NCBI GenBank assembly: GCA_030295235.1
Contig: AP026128.1
Location: forward strand, 1,302,001 to 1,366,000
Direction of reading: 5' to 3'
Length of the DNA stretch: 64,000 nt
Source of the DNA: Fistulifera solaris
Lineage: Eukaryota
Every line of letters starts with the position of its first letter. Within the stretch, counting starts at the first letter, position 1. A program made the position numbers and the translations under genes. Positions 48,046 to 59,806 of the stretch are shown here, in pieces. The notes under the pieces are model-generated. The model was given only the letters and a program-made list of their open reading frames with translations, did no database searches and was not told where the DNA came from.

Positions 48046-48543
48046 TTATTGCGCTACATGACTCGCTGACTGCAAAAACTCCACCATGGCTTTCAACTGC
48101 ACTAATTCTTCATCGTCGTCTTCGTGATCCGGATCATCTAATATTTCTTGCAACTCGGCCTGCTTTGCCTCTAATGCAGTTTGTTGTTCTTGATTGCGCT
48201 GATAAAGAAGTGCTGGTTGTTTTTGTAGAAGTATTTGTGCTGCGGGGACCGTTGTAGCATGATGCAAAGCCGTATCTCCGTCATGATCTGTAGCATCGAC
48301 GCGGACTTGCGGTTGCTGCAACAACCATTCCATAACTGATATTTGACCGTAGGAAGCAGCCGCTTGTAACAATGTGTAGCCATTCTCATCAGCACAATCG
48401 GGAGTTTGTTGCAAAGTACGCAAACAGTCTTGTAGTATGGTCAAATAACCTTCCGATGCAGCACTCCACAAGGTCGAAGGATCATCCAAGGGCCAATCGG
48501 GTGTGTTGTTGTTTACACTGGGGCGTCCTAAGCCGAACGACAT
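48046..48543 (-). CDS. Small ankyrin-repeat protein
   Basis: LWSAASEG, DENGYTLLQAAASYGQ, DHDGDTALHHA. Confidence 0.85.
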   Translation of the reverse strand: MSFGLGRPSVNNNTPDWPLDDPSTLWSAASEGYLTILQDCLRTLQQTPDCADENGYTLLQAAASYGQISVMEWLLQQPQVRVDATDHDGDTALHHATTVPAAQILLQKQPALLYQRNQEQQTALEAKQAELQEILDDPDHEDDDEELVQLKAMVEFLQSASHVAQ

Positions 48544-48960
48544 TTCTTTGTAATTTGTTGAATAGAATAGTGTTTGATGAACGAAGGGAAAGGAAGAACG
48601 GATAGGGCAGCTATAAGGTTACTTTTATTGAGCTTGTTGCTCGTAAAGCGTTTGTTGCTGTTCTTTACGGAGTACTATTAGACTACGTATTTATTTGCGG
48701 CGAAAATGATGGGTGCGGAGTGCGGAGTGCGGAGAATGAATCGAGGCGGACGACTGTTGGACGAAAGGCATTCGTGACTGCTATTATGAGACCGTTGAAC
48801 CGTGAATGCGACTCCGTCCACGTCAGAGAGATCGATATCGATCTGCTCGTCGCGCCATTTTTCTCATTAAACCGACGTTTGTGGTTCTCTATCATTTCTT
48901 CAGTTCATAATCAATGCTGTTTAACCCTTCTACCTCCTCCATCTTTCGTTTAAAGAAAAG

Positions 48961-50445
48961 ATGCGGGGCGTTGCAATAATCTGGCTGCTATCAAGCTACT
49001 ACTTAATATCACTCACGTCTTACGAACTGCCAACGAAGCCTTCTATTTCATTGGCATCACTGCAGCGACTCAATCAAGTCACTTCTGCTACACAAGCACA
49101 GCAAATACTACAACAAGCGACACAAGACAGCCCAAATCGTCTCTTTGCATCGATACAAATACCTGCTGGTGCGAGTAGCCGAGGAATTTCCGATGGGGAT
49201 TTGGCCATTCAGACACGGCTTGTCAACAAACAGTATTCGATCGAAGAACTCTGTTTTGATGCCGTATCGGGGCACCGCGATGCGAATCGAGCATCCTGGG
49301 CTGTGGTTTGTATCATGACTGCTAGTGTTTCATCGACGATATTGGTACAAAGTATCACAGTCGGACCGGAAATTCTGCGTTTTGTTGTGGCTTGGTGTAC
49401 TTGTTTTGCCCCCTTGTTCTTCGCTGGATACGGAATTGCGCGAACGGAACAATTGCAGGCGGTCTTGGCCAATGTACAACGCCAGCTCTTTCCTTCTTAT
49501 CGGAAACGGTTACTGCAGCATGAAGCTGGTCATTTTCTCATGGGGCATTTGTTAGGATGGCCGATACAGAATTATCAATTGGAGGCTGGATTGCAACAAG
49601 CGGTGCTATTTTATCCGTTGGCGGATGAGTTTGTCGGAGTTACACGGGCACAGCAACTTGGATTTGATAGCAATAGGAAGCAAAGAGATGAGACATCACT
49701 AGAAGAGCAGAGGGAAGCGAGTGCTCCATTTTACAGTCCTCAAGGTCGTGGTCGACGAGAGTTGTTCGAACAATCTGTCTTTCGTAAGAGCACCAACAAG
49801 GACGACAAGGACCAGAAACGACAAGAATTTTCACGCTTACCCAAACTTCAAGATCCTACGACTGTATGGCCGTACAAAGGATTCTCCGATGCTGTTTTGG
49901 ATCAGATTACTGTTGTAAGTGTAGCGGGCGTTTGTGCCGAGCTATTGCTGACGGGCAGTGCAGAAGGAGGTGTTGCCGATTTACAACAGTTAACCGTCAT
50001 TTTAAAAGAAGCTTCGGCTGAAACTCTCACGGAACGTGATGTGCGAAACAAAATACGGTATGCACTAGGATTCACAATGAGTCAGTTGCGAAGACATCTG
50101 GGGGTTTTGGATGCACTTGCTGAGGCTATGGATGAAGGCAAGAGTGTAGCTGACTGTGTTTATGTGATGGAGACATGTTCGAATGTTAATGGCCAAACAC
50201 TGACTGTTCCAGATTATGAGTTGCAGCGACGGCGGGCATATCGGGAGGCTAATTGGTTAGAACGGGCTCTCTTAGGAGAAAACAAACATTTAGATGTCGA
50301 CGAAAACCGATTCGTGCAAGGCAAGGGCGGAGGTTCGCGGAAGCAAACCGTTCGACTCACAGGAGACGATCCCCTATATCTTGCGCTCGCAATTTCGTTT
50401 TGCTTCTTTGTTTGGGCCAGCAATGGTGGACTGTCTTTACACTAG
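48961..50445 (+). CDS. Peptidase M41 (FtsH)-like domain membrane protein without ATPase domain, probably plastid
   Basis: Signal peptide, two TM helices, QHEAGHFLMGHLLG, VSVAGVCAE, AEGGVADL. Confidence 0.75.
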   Translation: MRGVAIIWLLSSYYLISLTSYELPTKPSISLASLQRLNQVTSATQAQQILQQATQDSPNRLFASIQIPAGASSRGISDGDLAIQTRLVNKQYSIEELCFDAVSGHRDANRASWAVVCIMTASVSSTILVQSITVGPEILRFVVAWCTCFAPLFFAGYGIARTEQLQAVLANVQRQLFPSYRKRLLQHEAGHFLMGHLLGWPIQNYQLEAGLQQAVLFYPLADEFVGVTRAQQLGFDSNRKQRDETSLEEQREASAPFYSPQGRGRRELFEQSVFRKSTNKDDKDQKRQEFSRLPKLQDPTTVWPYKGFSDAVLDQITVVSVAGVCAELLLTGSAEGGVADLQQLTVILKEASAETLTERDVRNKIRYALGFTMSQLRRHLGVLDALAEAMDEGKSVADCVYVMETCSNVNGQTLTVPDYELQRRRAYREANWLERALLGENKHLDVDENRFVQGKGGGSRKQTVRLTGDDPLYLALAISFCFFVWASNGGLSLH

Positions 50446-50534
50446 AGAAAGAAAGGAAAGAACTACACATGCCAGAAGCTACGACAAAACTACATCGCTA
50501 CGTTGAATTTATATTCTTGATTGGCAATAAGCAT

Positions 50535-52710
50535 TTACTTTTGGATGATGGTGAGAATCTTGTTGGTGCGGGCCTTGATAAAGTGTTCACGAACAACGTT
50601 CCACTCGTTCATTTTGTCTCCCTCGTCAATCAGAAGAGAAACCCAGCATCGCTCTTGTTGTCGAGGTAGCGGTTCACGATCTTTGGAGCCCTTGTAGTTA
50701 CGATTGATATGAGGTAGACTACGGTCTTCGGCGACCTGCAATCCAAGTGACAGCTGCACAAAGATCGGGAGACGCGACGGTTGACTCTCGGTTTCCGCTG
50801 CAGATTCACTGTGATCAAGATTGGGAATCATTGGACAACCAAGGCTTGTTGAAGCGTCCGAATCCTGGTATTTCATATCGGCGAAGCCTTTCCAGATTGT
50901 CTTTGTGGGGCTGTCGATGTCGTTCAACTGATACTCACCGTCAATACTAGGGACCGGAGTTTTCTTGTCGGTCACTTCGCGTCCTCTATTGACTGGCCAT
51001 TCCCAACGCAACCAATGCTGTTTCTGAAGCTCGAACCGTTCTTTCAGTTGCTCCTTCTTCTCATCTAACAATTGCAAGGACTCGTACCGATCCTTCATGT
51101 TGCTCATGAGTTCGGTTTGCAGAACCTCGAGACGATGCTTCAGCATGTCGGTTCCGAGGTAGAATGCATCCCCGTCATGAGAACGGATCATGGTAAAATG
51201 ATCAATCGAATCAAATGCGGATGGCTTGACAGGACGGTCGTTTTCTTCGCGTTTGAGAGAACGCTTCCAACGAAATCGCTTGGCTTGCTGGGGTGTGCAC
51301 ATTTCGACACTTGCTTCGTCGATGTTGAACCACAACGCCACTCCGCGCACAGTAGGATCCTCATCCGGCCCGAACGCTATCTCTCGCACCAGAATGTGTT
51401 CATCTTTGTGGGATCGATATTCCGAAATCGGAATTTCATGAACCACAAGGTTCTTGACAGAGAAGGCTCGCTTTTGAAGCACCATACAAAGCTCTTCGTA
51501 AATGACATGCTGCGGACGGTACTTGTACTGCCACTCGGGAGAGGAACCGCGCATTTGCAACGCAACTTGTAGCTTGACGATTGCATGGACCGCTTTCTTT
51601 TGACGTCGACTGTCGACCCATCCGTTCTTGACGTAATTTATGTTGCACACGAGCTTGTAATAGTCACTCCAATTCTCGTTGACCATGCTGAACTGATGGC
51701 CGAACGGGTGTCCCATCAAGATGTGATTCTGGCGCTTTTGATTGAGAGCTTCGACGTTGATATCGGTAGCCATGGTATTCCCTTGTGTCTCAGTCTGTGG
51801 TAACCACGAGTGATAGGTTCCGCCGACCCTAGGATCGTGAATACTCGTACAGCGTTTACCGAAAGGACTGCGTCGATAGTCGAGAGTGAGTTGAGGTATA
51901 AAAGATGCTTACAGAACAGCTGGCCTCGTGATATTAAAGTTCTTACCATGAACCCGTGGAGATCCAAGTAAAGCACGGCTTAATGCGATACGTATCTTTA
52001 TCCACCAACCCAGCTTCATGCAAATCCCACAGTTTGGTCATTTGCAATTCTTCTTCTCCGTGCGCATAAGTACATTCTGTTGCAAGCAAGTCAAGAAAGA
52101 GTCAAGTGAGTGCGAATACGCAACAAATACAAGCAATCATCAAGCTATTTTGCTTTCACTTACCCGAACCGAACGGACACATTTTTCCGTTCATGTAATG
52201 GATGCACATTTCTGTTTTAATCCGAGTCTTCCGATTCAATTCATCATCTGTGGTAGTGGTGGTCGCGACTTGTTTGAACGGCGATTTCTTTCCGAGGGGA
52301 CTTTTGAGTCGCGGCGAAGCACGAAACGTGCTGTTGCCTGGACTACAACTCCAACGCATCATCCCGAACGAATCATCTCCCCATGACTCGGATACTGTAT
52401 CTTCTGTGACGAGACTTCGCATGGAAGGGGACGTTGTTCCGTTCTTATGATAAACGGGAGGCGTATAACGACCCGCTGTATTGCGTTCCTCTTTGATGGG
52501 TACAAAATCGTACGGAGAACGGGGTTGCGGAGTGCTCCAACCTCGCGAAACGACTGTAACAGGACTGGTCATTCCATCTTCTCCAGTATGAGGAATTTCA
52601 ATGCATTGTATGCTCGGTGATTGTGTGCGGGAACGGGACGGGATAGGACGACGAATGTGAAGAGGGGATTGATGATTCTTCGATGATTGTTGCGGACGAT
52701 ACGGTAACAT
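50535..52710 (-). CDS. Tandem CCCH zinc-finger (TIS11-like) RNA-binding protein (introns 52077-52163 and 51868-51945)
   Basis: Splicing gives [24 protein letters not shown] and [22 protein letters not shown], in frame with the 412-aa ORF. Confidence 0.88.
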
Positions 52711-53258
52711 GTTACGGCTTTCTGTGCACAGACGAAAGAGTATTGCTTGTTGTATCGATAAACAAGTGAAGAGAAACAAACAGGAGGCACAATACACTCT
52801 TAAATGAAATGCTTTGTCTCTCGAGGAAGTGAGAACCTGTTTGTGATGATGAATGAGAAAGTAAAAAGGAGTTTGTTGGATGCAATTCTCGTTCTTGGGT
52901 GGCACAACGAAAACAAGACGCTCCCATACGCCAGTTTCGAATCTTATCTACTTTGTACGTTAGGCTAACTTTCTACTATAACGATTAATGTTAGTTTAAG
53001 CATGGTCATTTCACAGTTGCAGTCACGCGAAAAACGTTATACACTTGATACAATACTGTAGAACGAGAATTGAACACCGCTTCAACCTTTCTTGGCAATA
53101 GAGTGTTGCATCTGTGATCTTTGCAAATGATCCTCATCCCTTGTCGTGGCTCCTTTATGCACCGCAAAAATAGAAACAGTCGAGACGAGGCGCATTGACT
53201 TGCAAGTGAAGCTACAGTTATCTCATATATATTAACAATAAACAACAACAACTACACC

Positions 53259-54725
53259 ATGATACAAAGAATTCAGTTACAGTTAAAGCAGTTGTGGTAC
53301 AAAATAATGGGACCTACAACAAAGCACTTTGAATTGGAAGTTTATTTATGGCTCGCGTCGCTACTTTTCACCATTTCCAGCTGGCAAGGTCTTTACAAAG
53401 GTTTTCCTCCTTTGCGACTATTACTCATTGTAGGAATTGCTTCATTGCGGCCTCTTTTCTCAAGGTGGTTTATATCACATTACAATCCTCGTTTACTGTC
53501 AGCGGGGCATGTCATGGAAGTTACAGAAGTTACTCCGCCGACACTCCTCTCAATTTACTGGACACGTTATTGGCCTCAATGGATGCCGCCATTGCCAGCT
53601 TTCGCTACTTTGCTTCCCATTTCGGTATTACTACTTCATATGAAAGCTTTTTGGAATTTGGAAGAGAAAGGGGATACTATTTCGTGGAATTTATTAGCCA
53701 TGGAGCATCGACCGGATTCAAATTTGCCTGGCCCGGCTGGCTTTTACTCGACCGAACGTCCTGATTGGCGACATGTATTCTTTTATTTCACGGTTGGAGG
53801 TATTATGGGAAGTATTCTGGTCTTTGGAAGACTTTTTCCGCCGTTACCGGATTTTGTGGCCGGCTCCACTGTCTATCAAACCATCAAATCAACCTATCCG
53901 AAACAAACTTCATCGCCTTCGACAATCACCGGTCCCGAACGTTTTCGTCCCGTCACTAACTGCGATCGACTGGATCTTCATTTGAAGCTACTCGCACTTC
54001 GGTTACTCGAAACCGTTTGCGTGTGTGGGTGGCTTCCTCGATCGGAATGGATGTTGCGATTCCTTCGTCAACGAAACACCATGATTGGCTTGGAATACTT
54101 TTTATTTTTTGCGGGTATCACAGAACCGCGTCGCAAAGATATACCCGAACCGCTGTCGGATTCGTTTTCGGCCGTGTGGAGTTATGCGAGTCTTGTCTCG
54201 GCGACGGTGTTTTTACTAGTGGCACAGTCTCTGTTGACCGATCGCTCTTATCTTTCGACTCTGGCATTTTGGTCGACTGAATGGAAACTCACAGAATCTC
54301 AGCAACAACCACAGCAAGCTTCACTTTGGGACGCTCGACACAAATACAAACCGGGTGATGTTTGTGTCTACAACAATCTTACGTACCAGGCTGTGTTACA
54401 CCATCCGCAAGGTCCACCTATGCGACGGTCAACACGGTGGATGAATTGGCTGTATGAGTGGTTGCAGGCCGAAGTAGGACACGGTGTGATGCATTCCCGC
54501 ATTTGGTCTGAATTGCTACGCATTCAATCTATCTTGGTGATGGTTTTTCTCGCGCTTTGGTGTTTCGCGTCTTCTTCCTGGAGCAGTGGCTTGGGAACGG
54601 CCTTCTTAGCACACTTGGTGGTGTGGTATGGCTTGGTGCAAGTGGGTTCCACCGATTACGTTGCGTTACAGAAACTGGCGACGGAAGTCCAAGTGACTTC
54701 CGAAATTGCGTTAAAAGTGTCATGA
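53259..54725 (+). CDS. Multi-pass membrane protein, possibly TMEM39-like
   Basis: Several TM segments plus the module WDARHKYKPGDVCVYNNLTYQA before the last two helices. Confidence 0.6.
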   Translation: MIQRIQLQLKQLWYKIMGPTTKHFELEVYLWLASLLFTISSWQGLYKGFPPLRLLLIVGIASLRPLFSRWFISHYNPRLLSAGHVMEVTEVTPPTLLSIYWTRYWPQWMPPLPAFATLLPISVLLLHMKAFWNLEEKGDTISWNLLAMEHRPDSNLPGPAGFYSTERPDWRHVFFYFTVGGIMGSILVFGRLFPPLPDFVAGSTVYQTIKSTYPKQTSSPSTITGPERFRPVTNCDRLDLHLKLLALRLLETVCVCGWLPRSEWMLRFLRQRNTMIGLEYFLFFAGITEPRRKDIPEPLSDSFSAVWSYASLVSATVFLLVAQSLLTDRSYLSTLAFWSTEWKLTESQQQPQQASLWDARHKYKPGDVCVYNNLTYQAVLHHPQGPPMRRSTRWMNWLYEWLQAEVGHGVMHSRIWSELLRIQSILVMVFLALWCFASSSWSSGLGTAFLAHLVVWYGLVQVGSTDYVALQKLATEVQVTSEIALKVS

Positions 54726-54917
54726 CACGTGGGTAGTTAAATAAAGGGAACCATACGTTACGTTTTATTAGAGAGCAAGAGGCTATCCTAATGATAGTGC
54801 GCTCTTGATTTATAGTACATTGATTTGACGAGCTGCTGAAAAGAATCAAGTGTTTCGATTCGACTAAGAAGAGCCAACACAAGTTGAAATCTTTTCCTTG
54901 GTTTAAACGGACTCACT

Positions 54918-55316
54918 TTACTTGGCTTGTTCTAACGACTTCAATCGCTCCATAGCCTTTTCGTACTTGTCTTTCCATTCATCCAGTTCGTCTTCCAATT
55001 CATTGATTCTCGATCGAATTCGCTGACGACTCGCTGCAGCACTCTCTCGATTGCGAACTCGTCGAGCTTCCCGTCGCCATGCGGCAAGTTGATCTTTGTT
55101 CATCGGTACGGAAGGATCATAACGAACTTGTGTTTTCTTTTTGCCTTTGTTGTGATGAGGAGGCGCGTCATCGGCTTTGCGCTTCTTGGGTTCACTCGAG
55201 TCCGTTTCTGTTTCCATTTCGTTGTCGCCCTCGTCACGTTGTGATGTAATGATGGCTTTACGACGTTTGCGAGCTTCCGCTGGATCTGTCTTTTTTGTAT
55301 CCTTATCGTCCTTCAT
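54918..55316 (-). CDS. Short bZIP transcription factor (132 aa)
   Basis: RYDPSVPMNKDQLAAWRREARRVRNRESAAASRQR followed by a zipper that ends at the stop. Confidence 0.9.
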   Translation of the reverse strand: MKDDKDTKKTDPAEARKRRKAIITSQRDEGDNEMETETDSSEPKKRKADDAPPHHNKGKKKTQVRYDPSVPMNKDQLAAWRREARRVRNRESAAASRQRIRSRINELEDELDEWKDKYEKAMERLKSLEQAK

Positions 55317-55551
55317 TTTCCTTTAAATAATGAAATGCGTGGGTTGAAAATGTGAAGAAAGACACAACTGCAAAGAATGCGCCGTCTGTAACTATCTTCT
55401 TTCGTCGAAGAAAGTAGTTCAACAACTCAATCCGTGCAACACGCGGAAGTCCTCCTTGCCTTACACGTTGAATGCAATGGATGTCAAAAGTAGTGTCGCT
55501 GCTCGCTGCTGTGTCCGAAATTTTGATGGCTGTTTTTCGGCGAAGCAATAC

Positions 55552-55688
55552 TGACGTAGCGGTACTGAAAACGACGAGAACGTCAGAGTGACGTTCATGC
55601 TCCTCGCGCGAGCGCTGCGCGGAAAAAATTGCCGCGTGGCATTTTGACAGTTTTCTTTGACATCTTCTTTCGCCGGTTTGCTACGTCA
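55552..55688. promoter_or_regulatory. Cluster of four TGACGT (CRE/bZIP) boxes in a bidirectional promoter
   Basis: TGACGT at 55552 (+), 55580 (-), 55589 (+) and 55683 (-). Confidence 0.55.
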
Positions 55689-55828
55689 CGCTCTACTATC
55701 CGTCATAATGTAAGCGAATCGTGTTGCAGACCCGCACCTTTTTTCTTCTTCCACCTCCTTTTTCATTTTCATCGAAAGAACCGTTCAATAGTCATACTTT
55801 TTCATTGCTTTCATCAGAAGTGAGAGAC

Positions 55829-56750
55829 ATGCGATTATCGACTCCTCTCGATACTGACACACTTGCTCCTACCGCTGTTCGTAAACGGCGTATTGAAATG
55901 CGCCAACTGCAGCGGTTTGGAAGTGAGGACGACTTCAAGTCCTCCAACAGGAAGCGCGTCCGTTACGATGACTCGCTTTCGAGCTCGAGTAGTACGAGCG
56001 GTGACGAGGAATCTTCTTCTGCGGGAAATACTTCGATTCGAGGATACAAGAAGCATGCTCGGTACGTTCCGGAAGTCCCCATGACGAAAGCAGAGCTTTC
56101 GGCTTGGCGGAAAAGAGGCACGTCGGGTTCGCAATCGTGAAAGTGCGGCGGCGTCTCGACAAAAGACGCGTTCGCGCATTGAAGAGCTCGAAGGGGAAGT
56201 CGACAAACTTCAGGAGAAGTATTTGCAGGCGCTACAGCGGATTGCGGATCTAGAAAATGGTGTTCGAGGTAGTTTTACCCCGGCGACATTGTATCAAGAC
56301 ATGATGAAGCATTTGGGTCATATTAGTACTCCTGCAGCCGATGTGTTCGTCCAGCCAGAACTCTCTGTCACCGTTTCTCCTCCACAGTCACCGCGCTCGG
56401 AACCACTTTTCATTTCGGAGGATCTCAATCAGCCGCAGCACATGGATATGTTCTCACGATCAACTGACGTTTGATTCGTGGACTATTAATGGTTGTTTAC
56501 AACCAACTTTTAACATTTCCTTCCAGCAGTGAAGACCTGCCATGATGCTGCACCTTCTGACTTGAGTCCTCTTGATTTGATTGGTTCATCCGATGTTGCA
56601 TTGACGGTCGACGAGAATCGAGTTTCGGAACCTTCTCCGTTGGATACCACACACATCGCGTTGAGTGATATGCACGATTATGAACTTGGGGAATTTCTAT
56701 GTGAAGCTTTTGCGGAACACGATGCGGAAGACACTTTGAACATTCTTTGA
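55829..56750 (+). CDS. bZIP transcription factor, HAC1/XBP1-like candidate (extra A at ~56111-56114; unspliced stop 56474; predicted non-canonical intron 56467-56526)
   Basis: RYVPEVPMTKAELSAWRKEARRVRNRESAAASRQK plus zipper. Removing 56467-56526 fuses in frame to the acidic ORF 56529-56750. Confidence 0.8.
56435..56551 (+). other. Predicted IRE1-type bifurcated stem-loop / unconventional intron
   Basis: Loops CTG|ACGT (56464-70) and CAG|CAGT (56524-30) on stems, closed by basal pairing of 56435-45 with 56540-51. Confidence 0.7.
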
Positions 56751-57045
56751 CGTTACAGACGTTTGTGTGTCTTGCCAGCTTCTTCGTGTAGATGTATCCG
56801 ACGACTTTCATCCGCTTTTCGTTGTCCGAAAACAAATCACTGAAGAACACTTGCATAGTAACCAAGTTAGTTTATTTTAAGAAGTATCAATCTCTAGAAT
56901 TTTTAATACGTGCATTGTGCAAATTGTATAGGTTCGATCCACTCTGCGATATTGTTCTTGTTGATCAAAAACCAGCGGGATAGTTCAGGTCTAGGAGTTA
57001 GATTGTCGACCAGTCATTGATTGTTGCTAACTGCTTGGCAAGTTG

Positions 57046-58892
57046 TTAAGCTTCGAAAAACCTTCTTGACCTTGGTGTCTTCTTGGTCGCCACGACCGCA
57101 GGAACTTCAAATAGCTTCGGGGTCTTCAATTCGCTCTTGATCGCGGCGTGAATCTCGCTTTCAATTTCTTTCACCGCATGTGCTGTGGCGCCGTAAAATA
57201 TTGATCCACGTTTCACACATTGTCGGAGATTTGAAACGTACGACTCAGCGACAGACCGCATCGTACTTGTATCCATTACCGTTGCCTTGTGAACCGGTTC
57301 GTCACTTGTTGTTTGCGTTTGAGCGTTTCTAGCCGCAATCAAGTGTTGAACGAAACTAGCCCGTACAACTTGTGAGCTATGGACCTTTTCCGGGTCTAGT
57401 GCCTCGTGCTTTTCCTGGTTTTCTGTCGGTGCGAGGCCAGTTAAACTCTCAGATAAGCATTCGATTTGCTTTTTTACTTCCTGTATTCCTTGCATTGTCT
57501 TAGTCTCTGCGGTTCGAATTTCTTGTACAAACTCCTCTTTACTCAATTCCAGCGCAGTATCGATTTCTGTACGAATTTGTTCGATCGCTTCCTCACTCAA
57601 ATGTTGGATTGTTGTGTCGTCAGGATTCAAGTGGGCCGAACTAGCAACCGGGTTCATCTCCTCTGTTCTCTCAGTCCGAACTACGTCCTGTCGCTCAAAG
57701 GAAGTGATTTCGTCTCGTTCCTGTACTGTATCGGTGGAAAGAAGATTATCAGCATGTTGGAAGTTTGGTGCTTCATTCAACGGACCCGGGCAATGAAGAG
57801 TCTCACTTATCGGGTCATCGACTTGTTGATAAGTATTAGAGTTTCTCAATGTGTCAACGATGTAATCATCCTGTATTCCGCAGTGCTCTTGCAACACGTT
57901 GGTCTCGAGATTTTGATGATATGAGTCTGCATCAATATATACAGCCTCTTGTCGGTGTTCGTCCTCTTTCATAGTTGTAACGGCCTCCGAAAGTATTTGG
58001 ATAATCAGGTTGCGTGGCAAAGTCACTTTGAAGATACTCATCCTAGAATCGACATCGGCAATGACACCCTGCATCAATCCAACGATGTTCATCGGCAGCC
58101 GAAAGTGAAAAATCTCCGCATTTTTGGCGTCACTATTCCATTGCGATGGTTGCTTATCAACATCATCATTTGATAAACTCGATACTGCTACTTCTCGCGT
58201 TTCAGGTACCGCAAAAGGTTCCAGAAAGGAAGAGTCGATGGGAATGTGGTTTACGAATGGCGATTTGTGATGGGGTGTCGGACTTGATCCCCAAAAATCT
58301 GATGGCGTTGGACGCCCCCAAACATCGTTGGCCATGAGATACGCTCCATCTTGCGGTATTTGATACTCTGCGCCGTGTCCAATTTTGGTAAGATCCTCTC
58401 GATACGGATCAATTCTACGTGCCTGTCGAAAGAACTCCGGATCAGGTGCCGATCCCAACAAGTCCGACGCTCTTCCGATCCGGGGAAACTCCATAGTATA
58501 CCTTGACGAGCAAGAAATCTCCTCTTCAGTCGATTTGCCATCTGAGTTTGATGTGAAAAATTGATGCAGTGCTTCTGTAATGATCGCATCCACGACTGAG
58601 TGCGGCAAATTCCATGGTAAAGGGCATCCTCTGGTGGAACGGATTCCAGCAGCATTCGTTTTACGAGGTGATGTGACAGAGATATTGAAACAGACTGCCT
58701 CTCTTCTTCCTGCTCCAAGTCATCTGATGGCTGAAATTTCACTAGCACAGGATCTAGTGATGCGAATAATCCCGAAGACGAATGAAAGCGGATCTGAAAT
58801 GTGTGTTGTTGTTTGATCGAGCTCTTTAGGGAAAATGGTGTCACCCAAGCCCCGACGGAGGCAACGAACAACCCTGAAATTGCACTCCTCAT
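57046..58892 (-). CDS. Hypothetical plastid-targeted protein (probable frameshift ~58619-58621)
   Basis: Signal peptide plus VGA-WVTP. One added T joins the 5' ORF to the 520-aa ORF. Confidence 0.6.
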
Positions 58893-59395
58893 TGCACTTC
58901 TTCTTTAGAAAGTCCAAACGAAGACCCGAGAAACTTTAATAAAAAGTTACTAGAAGGCTTTCTATTCGAAGATATGCTTTTCGCACCTCGTTGTGATGAC
59001 AATGAATGTGCATCAACCATCGCATCTCATCGCGAACATGTGGAAAAAGAGGGATGTGTTTTGAGTTTTCGCATCCGTGATCGCATCATCTGTTTCTGCC
59101 TTTACATCTACTCATTTGCTGTCGGATCGCGATTGAGGAAAAGATTCTGTGTATACTTTGGACAAAAGTGTAGTAGCGTTTCAACGCAAGAAGTTTTGTC
59201 ACGAGAACTGAGGACTGCGTAACTGCAACTACCCCCAGGTACCATCGCCATCACGCCTACTACATGTTGAAAGAAGATCCAATTATCATTTAGTCCTAGT
59301 CTGTGGCTTGGCAGCTTCTCTTCCCGATACTAAGCTTGTCTTTGACTGCTAATACTCGTTAGTATCATGGATCGGAAGACCGAGTCACCACCTTC

Positions 59396-59806
59396 CTAGA
59401 AGCACATGTCAAAGAGACCTCCACCTCCACTCGAGGGCTTCGAAACAGTCAAAGTAAGTTTTTGCTGACCACCCGTGCAATGGCCACCTCCATAGACAGA
59501 ACATCCGTAATAGTATGTATTGCCTTCAGACAATCCCGTCAGCTCGCAAGTGCTATCTGACAGCTGCGGGCAGATCTCAGTCGCCCCAGTAAAGTCGCAG
59601 TTATCGTGGGCAGTTTTATCCGCAAACTTCATCACATTGTGGGAACCAGTCCAAGTGAGCGTCACCGGCAATTTGTCGCTTGAAACGGTCTTTTTCTTAG
59701 CAACGCCGTCGTTCGACCACGGAATTTCGACGGCAACAAGCGAAGGTACGGTTGCCATCAAGGTTGTCAAGGCGAGCAAGGACAGATACATCGAAGTGAT
59801 CTTCAT
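59396..59806 (-). CDS. Secreted phytocyanin/cupredoxin-like blue copper protein
   Basis: Signal peptide, SHNV..NCDF and YYYGCSVYGGGHCTGGQQKL. Confidence 0.75.
   Translation of the reverse strand: MKITSMYLSLLALTTLMATVPSLVAVEIPWSNDGVAKKKTVSSDKLPVTLTWTGSHNVMKFADKTAHDNCDFTGATEICPQLSDSTCELTGLSEGNTYYYGCSVYGGGHCTGGQQKLTLTVSKPSSGGGGLFDMCF

Noticed and set aside
56469..56529. Canonical GT-AG intron in the bZIP 3' region
   Set aside because: GTTTGA is a poor donor, and both AG choices give an immediate TGA, so it cannot explain the distal ORF.
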